A stretch of 64,000 nucleotides of DNA from Chiloscyllium plagiosum (lineage: Eukaryota): assembly GCF_004010195.1 (NCBI RefSeq), contig NC_057718.1:49850791-49914790 (forward strand), in the 5' to 3' direction. Position 1 is the first letter of the stretch, and each line of letters starts with the position of its first letter. The notes beneath the pieces were generated by a model. It had not been told where the DNA came from, searched no databases, and saw nothing but the letters and a program-made list of their open reading frames with translations. A program made the translations under genes and the position numbers. Shown here piece after piece: positions 24,051 through 36,700 of the stretch.

Positions 24051-26426
24051 GTGCTAGTGTTCTACTTTCGACAAAAATCAACAATGTTGTGAGATGAAAA
24101 AGCAAGGAGAAGATAATATTTTTCTCAACCAATCCCACCCATTCACACCTTATTGAGTGAAACTGATGGCAGCAACACAAGGCACTGCAAAAGACTGTGT
24201 AAATTGTAACTGAGCTGAGCTTATAGATATAATTCCTTTGACTTTATCTATGGGATCATCTGAATGACATTAATAGCCACCAAAGAATGAAGACATTCAG
24301 AGTGAAAAGGCAGAACTCCTTTAAACGCAGTAAAATTGGAGTCAGGTTTGAAACTTACAGCTGTAGCATGGATTTCCCTGGGGATGAAAATTATAGTACA
24401 TTGAATGAATGCAAGAGCGTTCAGATCCTAAATCACATGCATAATACAGTATTCTTTCTGGGTTTGCAATCTCAGGAGTAATGTATCTGCCCCTCAAGCC
24501 TATTAGCTCCCACTGCCAGTTGTCTCCCTGTATCTTCTCACCACTGACCTCTACACAACTCCTCCTAGAGCCCTGGGTTTCAGTCTACCTTCAACCCTGA
24601 TCAACAGCCCCACCTGACCCCTGTGAGGTTCTGTATGTAAGCATCACCAGTAGCATCCTTCTCCAGTCTGCTCGCCGCACTGTACATTTTTGCTGGTTTC
24701 TAAGGGTGAGATAAAGCTGCAAAATTTCATGATGTCCTGACTGGCGAAGTGTCCACTTCCCCAGGGTTCATTGGCTGTTTTTAAACTCACAAACATTTTT
24801 CATATTTCCCTACAAACATCAGGACCAATGAATTGAACATGGGTTAGGTCCTACTGCACAGCATATAGGTCACAGCTGTAAAATTATATTGTGAGGACAG
24901 AGGCAGAAGTGGAGGACACACCACCCTATGGTTTTGTCTAAGCTGAGAACTCAATTTCAGAATTCAAGGAACGCTGGAAGCTTAGCATCTACCTTGCTGC
25001 ATTGCTTGGGAAATAACTTTGCAGAGTGAAACAGAAAATACTGCAAAGTAATAATGGGGAGCTACAGAAAAGAAGTAACTTAACTGGTTTATACTGGTAT
25101 ATTTCAATAGTGTTTATTTGGATTAGTTCAAACAATTAGTTCCATCATTCATTTGGATTTCATCTCCAAAAATTGAACTAATTCCCCATCTTTTTAACTA
25201 CTATGCAAACAACAAAATTTTAAAAAAGCTTCATTTGATCCTACTTTAACTGATGCATAGCCTCCTTGCTGAATTTCAGATGAGTAAAAATGAAACCCAC
25301 AAACAAGTAGTTTTTAAGCAGATATGCTGGCAGAACATAATCACAATTCTAGAAAAGCAAGGCAAAGTATTATCATGCTACAATTGTCACACTAAGCTAA
25401 TACACGCCATAAACTTCCCAATGTTGTGATTCACTCTGCTAAATGAGCAATAAATATTCATAGTTAAATTCATGACAGAAAGCTGTTGAGTGGAATGTTG
25501 CAGGAATATTCAGCTGAAGATTGCATGTTTTGCTCCAAAGACACAAAACTTTTGTAAAACCTAACTTTTCTTGGAGCTTAACAAAGAATTCAATCTCAAG
25601 AAGGCAAAGCTTCCTGTCAGAGATACATTTCAGGGTACATTTCCCCCTTTGCCACAGAGATAGTATCCTGGTGAAAATCAGGAGGGTAAAAACCAAATGT
25701 ATTCTATAATGCTCTGCTCCAACAAATGATGAAGATGAAAATGTACCTAAAATGTTATGGTTGCTCCCAATTTAAAAAAAAGACTGATTGATTGATATAT
25801 TGCTGTTACGTGTACTGAGATACAGTGAAACTGTTGTTTTGCGCGTTATACAGGCAGATCATATTATACAAAGTGCATCAGAATTGCTGAACAAGGTTAA
25901 GAGTACAACGCTACAGCTACAGAGAAGGTGCAGAGAGAGAGAGAGTGAGAGACCAGCATTAACATTTGAGACGTCCATTCAAAAGCCTGATAACTGCAGG
26001 GAAGAAGTTGTTCTTGAATCTGTTCATGCATGTATTCAAATTTTGATATCTTTTGCCCGACGGAAGAGAGTGGAAGACAGTATAACCAGGATGGACGGTG
26101 TCTTTGATTATGTTGGTTGCTTTCCTGAGGCAGCGGGAAATATTGATGGAGTTGGTGGAATGGAAGTTTAGTTTGCTTGATGGACTGGGCTGTGTTCGCA
26201 ACTCTCTGTAGTTTCTTGCTGTCTTAGGAAGAGCCATTGCCACATCACGCTGTGATGCATCCATTTAGGATGTTTTCAATGGTGCATCAATTAAAATCGG
26301 TAAGAGTCCTCCTCAGTCCTGCTGAATTTTCTGATGTTGATGGAGAGTTTGTTATCTTTACATTATGTCATTAAGAAGCCAATCTCCTTCTTGTATTCTG
26401 TCTTGTCGTTGTCTGAGATCTGACCT

Positions 26427-27101
26427 CATTCATTCATTCATTCATCAGCAGTCCCTCACAGACCAGGATGAATCTCTTCCATTCTCAGGATGAGTTTGTA
26501 AGTGGCTTTATAGACTGGGGCAGCTATGGCAGACACTGTGTTGGGGCAAGTGGTGGTCCCAGGAAGGGTTGGGTGGGATTCCTTTCGCTATTTTCACCTA
26601 GTGTCCACTTCTTCCGCGGCAAGTGACAAGGTGCCGACGCCTTCCCAGATGATCCATCCCTACTTTGGAAGGTCTCTGGCCTGTGATTCCCAGGTGTCTG
26701 TGGGAATGCCGCACTATGCTAGTGACGCCTTGGGGGTATCACTGAAGTGTTTCCTCTGCCCACCTGGGGCTTGTCTGCCCTTTTGAAGCTGGGAGTAGAG
26801 AACTGGCTTCAGGAGTCTCATATTGATCATGCAGATGCTGCGCCCAGTCCATCGCAGCCGATCATGGCTGGTCAGCGCCCTGATGCTGCGCATGTTGGCC
26901 TAGTTCAGGATGCTTTCTTTCTAGAAGATTTGCAGGATCTTGCACAGGCAGTGTTGGTGATATTGCTCCAATGCCCTCAATTGTCTACTGTAAACAGTCC
27001 ATGTCCCAGTGCCATACAGGAGGGTGGGAACCACCACAGCTCAGTAAACCATGATTGTCATGTCGGATCTGATGTTGTCCTTGACCACACTTTTCCTCAG
27101 G
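26427..27101 (-). mobile_element. RTE-clade (BovB-like) LINE 3' fragment
   Basis: Minus strand IMVY*AVVVPTLLYGTGTWTVYSRQLRALEQYHQHCLCKILQI and PVLYSQLQKGRQAPGGQRKHFSDT; (GAAT)n-type tail at 26427-26446; splits the Rex1 IVGR|ISDND motif. Confidence 0.82.
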
Positions 27102-27292
27102 CAGCCGACCTACAATGGTGGTGTCATCAGAAAACTTGCAAATTGAATTGGGGTGGAATTTGGCCACACATTGTAAGTTTATAAGGAGTATAATAGGTGG
27201 CTGAGTATGCAGTAGGCACTGGTGATGAGGATTCTGGTCGAAGAGATGTTGTCACTATTCTTACTGTTTGATATGGGCCATTAAGCCAAGGA

Positions 27293-27388
27293 GCTGAAAA
27301 TGTGTTGCTGGAAAAGCGCAGCAGGTCAGGCAGCATCCAGGGAACAGGAGAATCGATGTTTCGGGCATAAGCCCTTCTTCAGGAATCA
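27293..27388 (-). mobile_element. 96-bp Penelope-derived arm insertion
   Basis: 13-bp TSD attaagccaagga at 27280-27292 and 27389-27401. Confidence 0.9.
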
Positions 27389-29714
27389 ATTAAGCCAAGG
27401 ATCCAGCTGCAGAACAGGGGGCTGAGACCTAGATCTCCGAGCTTAGAGATGAGATTGTTTGGCATTGTGGTGTTGAATGTGGAATTGTGGTCAAAATTCC
27501 TGAAATAAGGAGCCTGAAATAAGCATCCTTGATATCCAGATGTCCTAGGGATGAAAGTAGGACCAGGGAGATAGCGTCTGCTGTGGTCTTGTTGCACCAA
27601 TAGTTGAATTGCAAAGGATCAAGTCGAATTGGTGGTCTGAATTTGATGTGAGCCATGACTAACCTTTTGAAATACTTCATAATTATGGAAGTCAGAGCTA
27701 CCAGGCAGCAATCATTAGGACAATTGCATGATTTTTCTTTGACCCGGTCATCTTTCTGAAGCAGGTGGGGACTTCAGATCATAGTAAGGGGAGGTTAAAG
27801 ATGTCAGTGGACACTCTCACCAGCTGGTCAGCATAGGGATCTGAGTGCATGGCTGGGGACTCACTCGGACCAGTCACTTTCCATGGGTTCACTCTCAAGA
27901 AGGCCAATATAACGTCTGCAATGGTAACCATGAATACAGGTGCATTCGAGGCTGTAGGATAGGTGACATTGTTTCACTGCCCTTCTGTTCAAATTGAGCA
28001 TAGAACGCATTGAGCTCATTGTGTAGGCATGTACTGTTGCCTGCAATTCTGCTGGACTTTGCTTTGTAGCTCATTACAGCATGTAAGTCTTGCCTCAAAC
28101 AATGGGTATCCATGTGGTTGGTCTGGGCCTCAAGCTTAGGTTGATCTTCCATCTTGGCATTTCTGATAGACTTACAAAGCCGTACCTAGATTTCAACAAT
28201 AGATGGCCAATATGGATCCACACCAGATATTTCTCTTGGCCATTGTGTCACGGTATCAGTCTGTCTTACTTGCCTGTACCAGCCAGCAATGCTGTTCTTG
28301 CTTAAGTTGCAATATTGAGAATTGTACAAAGCAGAAAATGTAAGTGACAATTATGAATTTTAAATTTGTCAGTACAATTTAAGGAAATTCAAAAGTAAAA
28401 GCAACCAATACAGGTTGAGCCTTATCTAACTGAAGAGATTCAGTCTCACAATTCACTCTTGGGATATGGGCATCACAGGCTTTGAATGCTTATCTTTGTT
28501 TCTCTGAGAAGTTTGCTGGCCTGCTTCTTGAAATGCTTGCAATTGATTTGATATGGTTATAAGGATTGTGAGACCATTTGAGAATTCAGTTAAGATCCAA
28601 CCATGTGTGACTCAAGGTACAGAGAGATTGATCTGATTTTAGATACACCACAGTTTGAAAATGGCTGAGCAACTCAGGAGACTATTGAGTACATAGAGAG
28701 GTAAATTTACTCCTCATCATATAATCAGTAATCTATTGGAATCTGCCTAAATTGGAAGCAACTAAAGAATAAATTCCAAAACAGAATGGACAGTATTCTC
28801 TTGAAGATTCTCAGCATCCGTGAAGATGAGTAATTCATCCATAGTCTTTTGATTTCTTTCCCTCCATTTCAAGAAATTTGCTTGTCACTCCTGATGAGTA
28901 CATTTTAATTGTTAGCAAGCAGGAAAAATTAAAATGATAACAACTCAGTGACCTTCATTGCTGAAAACTCTGGATAAATCATCAGTGACAAGATTAGTAA
29001 TGAACAAATAATTAGCCAGCATTGAAGTTCTGAAAAAGGGATCCATTAGACATTTATATTACATTGTAATTAACATTTGTTTAAAATAAAGCAGTGAGAA
29101 TAGGGTAATGTAGTTTACATTTTGAAAGGAAGCAAACAATGATATTGAATAATCTTGCATTTGAGTTTATTGCTGTAAATATAGCAATTAAAAAATGAAA
29201 TTTATTTCAATGTACTCACTATAAATTTTAGTAAAATTGTAACTACTAATATTTTGCTCAGTAATGAAGAATAATTGAGAAGGATCATTATTATCGACTG
29301 TTTCTCTAGTAATGCTCTAGTAATAATTTAGCTTTTCACTATGTCATAATGCTCTTTGATTGGTGCTAATTTGATCACAGTGACTGCATTAATTTCCCTT
29401 TAGAATGAGTGAGAAGATCTCTTTGTACTTGATATATGACCAGTAATAAGCTGTAAACCAAAGTGTCAAAAAAAAATTGAAGAGTCATCGAAAGAGAAGT
29501 CAGATGATTAAGGAGAGAAGTTTTCCTTCTAAGTAATATGTAAAAAGTTTTCACATCCATTTATAAGGAACACTTATGATTTTATTACACTTACAGCATT
29601 CAGCATAATTTCTCTTTATTTGGGTTTTACAAAGAACAAAAGAATAAGTAAACAGTGTAAAACAAAGAATGCTGCATCATTTGCTGTCAAGTTCACAGTT
29701 GTTCTAAACGCACT

Positions 29715-31370
29715 AAATCCTCCATAAGCAACATCCTGAGGATTACCATCGACCAGAAACTGAATTGGACCAGCAATATAAATACTGAAGCTAAAACAGC
29801 AGGCCAGAGGCTGGGAATTTTGCAGCAAATAACTCACCTTCTCCTACCAGAGCCACCATCTCCAAGGCACAAGCGAGAAATACAATGGTATTTCATCCTC
29901 CTGTCTGGATGAGTGCAGCTTCAATAACACTCAATAGTTTGGTTTCTTCAAGACATTTTGCACCTCATTCACCTCCTTCAACATTCACTCCCTCAACTAC
30001 CAACACACAGCTGCAGCACGATGTAACCACTACAAGGTGCATTTCAGCAACTAACCAAAGCTCCTCCGAAAGCCCTTTCCAAACCTGTGACCTATACCAA
30101 CTGGAAGGACAAGGGTTTCAGATGCACAGTAACATCAACACCTGCAATGTCTCCTGCAAGTGTCACACCATCCTGACTTGGAACTATGTTGCCATTCCTT
30201 CACTGTCATTGGAGAAATACTGGATCTTCTACCTAACAACACTGTTGATATACATACACACTACAGTCGTTCAAAATGGTGAATCACCACATCTTTGCAG
30301 ACCATGTTCCAGAAATAAACCTCATCATCCCTGGGTTTATTCGTCTAACTAGCAGGACAGACCCAGCAGAGGTGGCAGTACTGTGGTCCATATTCAGGAA
30401 GAATCTGCTCTAGGAGTCCTCAACATTGATTCTGGATCCCATGAAGTTTGATGGTATTAGTTCAAGTATGAATAAGGAAATTTGCTGTATGGTATGACTC
30501 TCACCAAAACTAAAGAATCAGTACCACTTCACCTTCTGGAGCGTGGACCACTAAGTGTGGCAAGGGTACAGGATAGTAATCTACATCTTCAATGTTCATC
30601 ACAGCTGCTGACTGGGCTGGTCAAATCCTCAAGGACATAGTTGCTAGAATGTGTCTGTGACAAGTGACGAGGGAACCATCAAGTGGGAAAAACGTACTTA
30701 ACGTAATACTCACCAATCCACCATCTGTACATGTATCGGTTTGGAACAGCATCAATCGGAGTGTTCATCACGCAGTCCTTGAGGAGACAAAGTCCCATTG
30801 CCACTTTGAAGAGGCCTCCATTATGTTGTGTGACATTATTACTGAAAAAAAAGGGATAGAGTTTGAATAGACCGAATAACTCAAGAATGGGCATTCATGA
30901 GGGGTAATGGCCGATCAGTAACAGCAGAATTTTACTCCAACATAATCTGCAAACTCATGGCCTCACAAGTTCATACTCTACTGTTAACATCAAACCAGGG
31001 ATCAACCATGGTTCATTGAAGAATGCAGGAGGACATATCGCAGGAACAGCACCACACCTGATAGAGCGACAACACAACAGCTAAACAGCTAAGGCAGAAA
31101 TAACGATAGCACTGAATGATTCTATAAACAGCAATCAGATTTGGTTCGGTTGTCTTGTCACATTCAATCAGAATTGTGGCGGACAATTACATAATTCACT
31201 TAAGGAGGATGTTTTACAAATATCCCCATCTTCAATGATGGGAGAGCCCAAAATATCAAGGTAAAAGATAACGCTGAAGCCATTTGGAACAATCTATAAT
31301 CATAAGTAGTGACTGAATGACCAAACTTGTGCTTCTCTGGAGATCCCTGGCATCAGATACTGGTCTTTAA
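29715..31370 (+). mobile_element. Old CR1/L2-group LINE fragments (3' RT end followed by an endonuclease region)
   Basis: NIL.ITIDQKLNWTSNIN...AGQRLGIL at ~29730-29820; QDRPSRGGSTVV...LGVLNIDSGSHEV at ~30350-30450. Confidence 0.7.
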
Positions 31371-32110
31371 TCAAGTGCCAAGTGTAAGTTTATTGCTTTC
31401 CAGTCTAAACTTTTGTGAAGTGATTGATAGCATTTATTAGAGAAAATAATAATTTTGTGTGGAATGGAACGCATTCCATTTTTGGAACCAAGTAGAGGCA
31501 CTAAATACTCCCAATCAAGAATACCTGTTCAAAATGTAATCCTTTCAAAAACTGAGTTTCAGCAACATCCTTACAACACCTCATTTCCACATCCACATGT
31601 AACTGCCACCCTTTTGAGCTTTGTAATGATTTCAATGTGCCAAAAACTTACATTAGTTAAAGGAAATTTATGTAATTTAACTGTTTTAATCAGGTTAAAA
31701 AAAACTGGGTTACACGACATAAATGATTTCATAAATGAAATTTTTGCGAAGATAAAGGTAGGTTTTAACCCATGTTCCCTAAGCTCTACTTTGGGAATTT
31801 CCTCATGCTACATCTAACTGATAAAAATTAATTGATAGGGGGGTGATCCTATTGAGGTTTATAAAATCATGGATAGGGTAAATAGACAAGGTCTTTTCCC
31901 AGGGGGAGGACAATCCAGAACTAGAGGGCATAGGATTAGGGTGAGCAGCGAAAATTTTAAAAGGGATCTAAGGGGCAATTTTTTCACACGGAGCGTGATG
32001 CATGTATGGAATGAGCTGCCAGAGGAAATGGTGGAGGCTGGGACAATTACAAGTTGAAACTTTATTGCTGGAACAGCACAGCAGGTCAGGCAGCATCCAG
32101 GGAACAGGAG

Positions 32111-32146
32111 ATTCGACGTTTCGGGCACAGGCCCTTCTTCAGGAAG
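32111..32146 (-). ncRNA. Minimal hammerhead ribozyme motif (antisense copy)
   Basis: Mirror image of the motif at 32147-32182 within the palindrome. Confidence 0.65.
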
Positions 32147-32182
32147 ATTCCTGAAGAAGGGCCTGTGCCCGAAACGTCGAAT
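32147..32182 (+). ncRNA. Minimal type I hammerhead ribozyme motif
   Basis: AUUC-CUGAAGA-A-GGGC(CUGU)GCCC-GAAAC-GUC-GAAU: catalytic core, stem II, loopless palindromic stem III (ACGU), stem I AUUC/GAAU. Confidence 0.7.
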
Positions 32183-32547
32183 CTCCTGTTCCCTGGATGC
32201 TGCCTGACCTGCTGTGCTGTTCCAGCAATAAAGTTTCAACTTTGATCTCCAGCATCTGCAGACCTCACTTTCTCCTGGGACAATTACAACACTTAAAAGA
32301 TGTCTGGATGGGTATATGAATAAGAAGGGTTTAGAAGGATATGGGCCAAGTGCTGGCAAATGGGACTAGATTAATTTAGGATATCTGGTCAGCATGAGCA
32401 TGTTGGACTAAAGGGTCTGTTTCCTTGCTGTGCAATTCTGTGACTTTAACTTGTTATCATTGTATCATGCATTTACCCAGATGGTAGGCAGACCAGTGGA
32501 TCTTGGACTCTTTTCATTTAGGAATTCTGTTTGGTTTATCTAATCTT

Positions 32548-33326
32548 GCCGCTTCCGGTTGTGAGTTTCAGCTGTCCGCTGTAGTGGCCGGTATATTGGG
32601 TCCAGGTCTATGTGTTTGTTGATGGAGTTTGTGGATGAGTGCCAGGATTCCTGTGAGTGTGACGCTGGTGATCCGGTGTGTTTTTTCTATTTCTGTGTTT
32701 TTAATGATTACAAACGTGTCATCGACATATCTGATCCAGAGTTTGGGTTGAATTTGTGGTAGGACTGTTTGTTCTAACCTTTGCATAATTGCCTCTGCTA
32801 TGAGTCCCGAGATTGGTGATCCCATGGGTGTTCCGTTGATTTGTTCGTATATCTGGTTGTTGAATGTGAAGTGTGTTGTGAGGCACAAGTCCAGTAGTTT
32901 AAGTATGCCGTCTTTGTTGATGGGTTCAACGTCCTGTTGTCTGTTATGTCTGTTCAGCAGGTTGGCTATTGTTTCTCTGGCTAGGGCTATCCCTAGTAGC
33001 CACACACGCAGACGACAAGCAACTGGGACAACACTACCATTATAGGGCAAGCGAAACAAAGAACAGCCAGGGAATTCCTAGAAGCTTGGCACTCATCCAC
33101 AAACTCCATCAACAAACACATAGACCTGGACCCAATATACCGGCCACTACAGCGGACAGCTGAAACTCACAACCGGAAGTGGCAGGGACAGGCCACTATA
33201 AATGCCGGAGGAAACACCACAGAAGCGCTTCACAGGAGGCTCCCAATCACTGAGGATGTCACCTAGACAGGGGACGAAACGTTTGCAACAAAAACTTCCA
33301 GCTCGGCGAACAGAACCACAGCAACA
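32548..33326 (+). mobile_element. Rearranged Penelope-like element: inverted RT fragment, GIY-YIG C-terminus and pLTR
   Basis: Minus strand ~32645-32990 GTPMGSPISGLIAE...WIRYVDDTF (PLE RT); plus strand WDNTT..GQAKQRTAREFLEAWHS..SINKHIDLDPIY; 32548-32644 is inverted relative to 33087-33183. Confidence 0.92.
33247..33286 (+). ncRNA. Hammerhead ribozyme motif in the Penelope pLTR
   Basis: CUGAGGA-U-GUCACC(UAGACA)GGGGAC-GAAAC-GUU. Confidence 0.55.
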
Positions 33327-36300
33327 AGACAATGCTTTAGGATGGTAAGGGGGTTAGGGACAATGCAGACTGTGTCCTGTACAGAGTATGGGTTGTGTGT
33401 AATGTTTTTTCCTCTTTAAAACCCCTAAAATTTCTTAATCTCGCATCCTCTCCCTTTCAGGTTGAGTCATTCACCCCACCCTCTCTAAATGTGATCACAG
33501 TCATTTTCTTCCTATTGCACACTGGATTTCCAAAATGACAGAAAGTGACAGTGAATGCTACTCAAACAATAGCTTGCAGCCTCTGCATCATCATTTCATC
33601 GAGCCCCCATACATTCAAAAGTCCTTCCTAGTCGTCCTTTGCCTAAACCCAACAGACATTAAACATCTCTAGGTCCGCACTCCAATCTTCTGCATAAACC
33701 TACAGCTGCCCGCCCTTGTCCCTCCAGTCCCCTGGAAAGTGTGGTCAGACACTGATCACCTCCCGTCCCTTTGAAGCCAGGATGCCCTTGAACCTGGACA
33801 AACTCCCCTCCCGCATGAACCCTTTCTCATCAATGCTTTACTGTATCCCCTTTTGGAGATACTGCTGTCCTCCTTCATAACTCCCATCCACCCAGCTTCC
33901 AGCCCATCCCAAAGAATAATTTACCAAACTTCCAACATGCAGTTGCTCCCTCCCACACCTCTCCCCACCTTATGCCTGCCCCAACCCCTTTACCTGTAGT
34001 TTGGACAGATGGACTCTGTGGATTGACAATGGTCCAGCCCCTTATTGGTATCAAAGTTTGCCCTTGAATTGCCGTGCTGGGACCCCCAGACTACCGGGTG
34101 CCCCCATGGACTTTGGAGAGGGAAGGCCATTCCTCTGAGAATTTGGGAGATGGCTGCTTGGTTACTGCATATGAAGTATATTTACCACACACAAACTGAG
34201 CAAGGTTGAGACTGACATAGGCACTGCCAAACTGTGAGAAGTGCAGCCCCATGACTGACGACTGCTGACAAGCAAGGCAACTACCTAACTGTTTTACTGC
34301 ACTAATTGGCATGACCAGGAAAGGCAATGCAAGGCATGGGTGGAGTGAACATACAGGTAGAGTCAGAGAGTCATAGAGATGTATGGCATGGAAATATACC
34401 CTTTGGTCTAACCCGTCCATGCTGACCAGATATCCCAAACCAATCTAGTCCCATCTGCCAGCACTTGGACCATATCCGTCCAAACCCTTCCTATTCATAT
34501 ACCCATCCAGGTACCTTTTAAATGTTTCAATTTTACCAGCTCCATCACTTCCACTGGTAGCCGATTACATGCACGCACCACCCTCTGTGTAAAAATGTTG
34601 CCCTTCGAGTATCTTTTATATCTTTCCCCTCTCACCCTAAACCCATGCCCTCTAGTTCTGGACTCCCCTACCCCAGGGAAAAGACCTTGTCTATTTACCC
34701 TATCCATGCCCCTCATGATTTCATAAACCTCTATAAGATCACCCATTAGCCTCCGACACTCCAGGGAAAATAACCCCAACTTATTCAGCCTCTCCCCATA
34801 GCTCAAATCCTCCAACCCTGGCAACATCCTTGTAAATCTTTTCTGAACCCTTTCAAGTTTCACAACATCCTTCTGATAGGATGGAGACCAAACTGCATGT
34901 AATATTCCAAAAAAATCCAATCACCAAAGCCCTGTACAGCCACAACATGACCACACAACTCCTGTACTCAACACTCTGACCAATAAAGGAAAGCATGCCA
35001 AATGCCTTCTTCATTATCATACCAACCTGATAATCTACTTTCAAGGAGCTATGAACCTGTACTCCAAGGTCTCTTTGTTCAGCAACACTAACCAGGACCT
35101 AACCATTAAGTGTATAATTCCTGCTAAGATTGCTTTTCCAAAATTAATATCCATCTGCCACTCCTCAGCCCATTGGCCCATCTGATCAAGATCCCATTGT
35201 AATCTGAGGTATCCTTCGCTGTCCACTACAACTCCAATTTTGGTGTCATCCACAAACTTACTAACTATACCTCTTATGCTCACGTCCAAATCATTTACAT
35301 AAATGATGAAAAGTAATGGACCCAGCACCGATTCTTGTGGCATTCCACTGGTCACAGGCCTCCAGTCTGAGAAGCAATCCTCCACCACCACCCTCTGTCT
35401 TCTACCTTTGAGCCAGTTCTGTATCCAAATGGCTAGTTCTCCCTGTATTCCATGAGATCTACCTTTGCTAACCAGTTGAATGCTTTACTGAGATCCATAT
35501 AGATCAAATCCACCACTCTGGTCTCATCAATCCTCTTTGTAACTTCTTCAAAAAAACTCAATCAAGTTTGTGAGACATGATTTCCCATGCACAAAGTCAT
35601 GTTGACTAGGCCTAATCAGTCCTTACCTTTCGAAATGCTTGTACGTTCTGTCCCTCAGGATTCCCTCCAACAACTTGCCCACCACCGCTGTCTAGCTCAC
35701 CGGTCTGTAATTCCTTGGCTTGTCCTTACCACCTTTCTTAAACCACGTTAGCCAACCTCCAGTATGCCGGCACCCCACCTGTGACTATCAATGATACAAA
35801 TATCTCAGCAAAGGGCCCAGCAATTACTTCCCTAGCTTTCCACAGAGTCCTAAGGTACACCTGATCAGGTCCTGGGGATTTATCTGCTTTTATGCATTTC
35901 AAGACATCCAGTACTTCCTCCTCTGTAATATGGACATTTTTCAAGATGTCACCATCTCTTTCCCAACATTCTATATCTTCCATGTCCTTTTTCACAGTAA
36001 ACACTGATGCAAAATACTTCACACAAAGCCCACTTTGCTGTCCGTTGAGGGGCCCTAGTTACCCTTTTTTCCTTAATGTATTTGTAAAAACCCTTTGGAT
36101 TCTCCTTAAGTCTATTTGCCAAAGCTATCTCATGTCCCCTTTTTGCCCTCCTGATTTCTCTCTTAAGTACTCTCCTACTTTCTTTATACTCTTCTAAGGA
36201 TTCACTCGATCTATCCTGTCTATACCTGACATATGCTTCCTTCTTTTTCTTAACTAAACCCTCAATTTCTTTAGTCATCCAGCATTCCCTACACCTACCA

Positions 36301-36700
36301 GCCTTTCCTTTCACCCTGACAGGAATATACTGTCACTGGACGCTCGTTATCTCATTTCTGACGACTTCCCATTTTCCAGCCGTCCCTCTACCTGCGAACA
36401 TCTGCCCCCAATCAGCTTTTGAAAGTTCTTGCCTAATACCATCAAAATTGGCCTTTCTCCAATTTAGAACTTCAACTTTTAGATCTGGTCTACCTTTTTC
36501 CATCACTATTTTAAATCTAATAGAATTATGGTCACTGGCCCCAGAGGGCTCCCCAATTGACATCTCAGTCACCTGCCCTGTCTTATTTTCCAAGCGTAGG
36601 TCAAGTTTTGCACCTTCTCTGGTAGGTACATCCACAAACTGAATCAGAAAATTTTCTGGTACACACTTAACAAATTCCTCTCCATCTTAACCCTTAACAC

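Larger units (their letters stand above)
25785..28310 (-). mobile_element. Rex1/Babar-type LINE (RT and C-terminus), interrupted by RTE and PLE insertions
   Basis: MKYFKRLVMAHIK..LDPLQFNY, KFSDDTTIVGR, IIKDTVHPGYTVFHSLPSGKRY..RFKNNFFPAVIRLLN. Confidence 0.88.
32053..32274. mobile_element. Young Penelope-derived mini-element containing a perfect 95-bp palindrome
   Basis: Arms 32051-32145 and 32148-32242 are exact reverse complements with a 2-nt spacer; 15-bp TSD ctgggacaattacaa at 32038-32052 and 32275-32289. Confidence 0.95.
31835..32448 (+). mobile_element. CR1 3' end interrupted by a palindromic PLE
   Basis: MDRVNRQGLFPG...RTRGH...RGNFFTRSVMHVWNELPEE plus CR1 3' UTR. Confidence 0.9.

Noticed and set aside
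31859..32359. ORFs containing CWNSTAGQAASREQEIRRFGH or MLPDLLRFSS peptides (several places)
   Set aside because: Incidental translations of the non-coding palindromic PLE arms.
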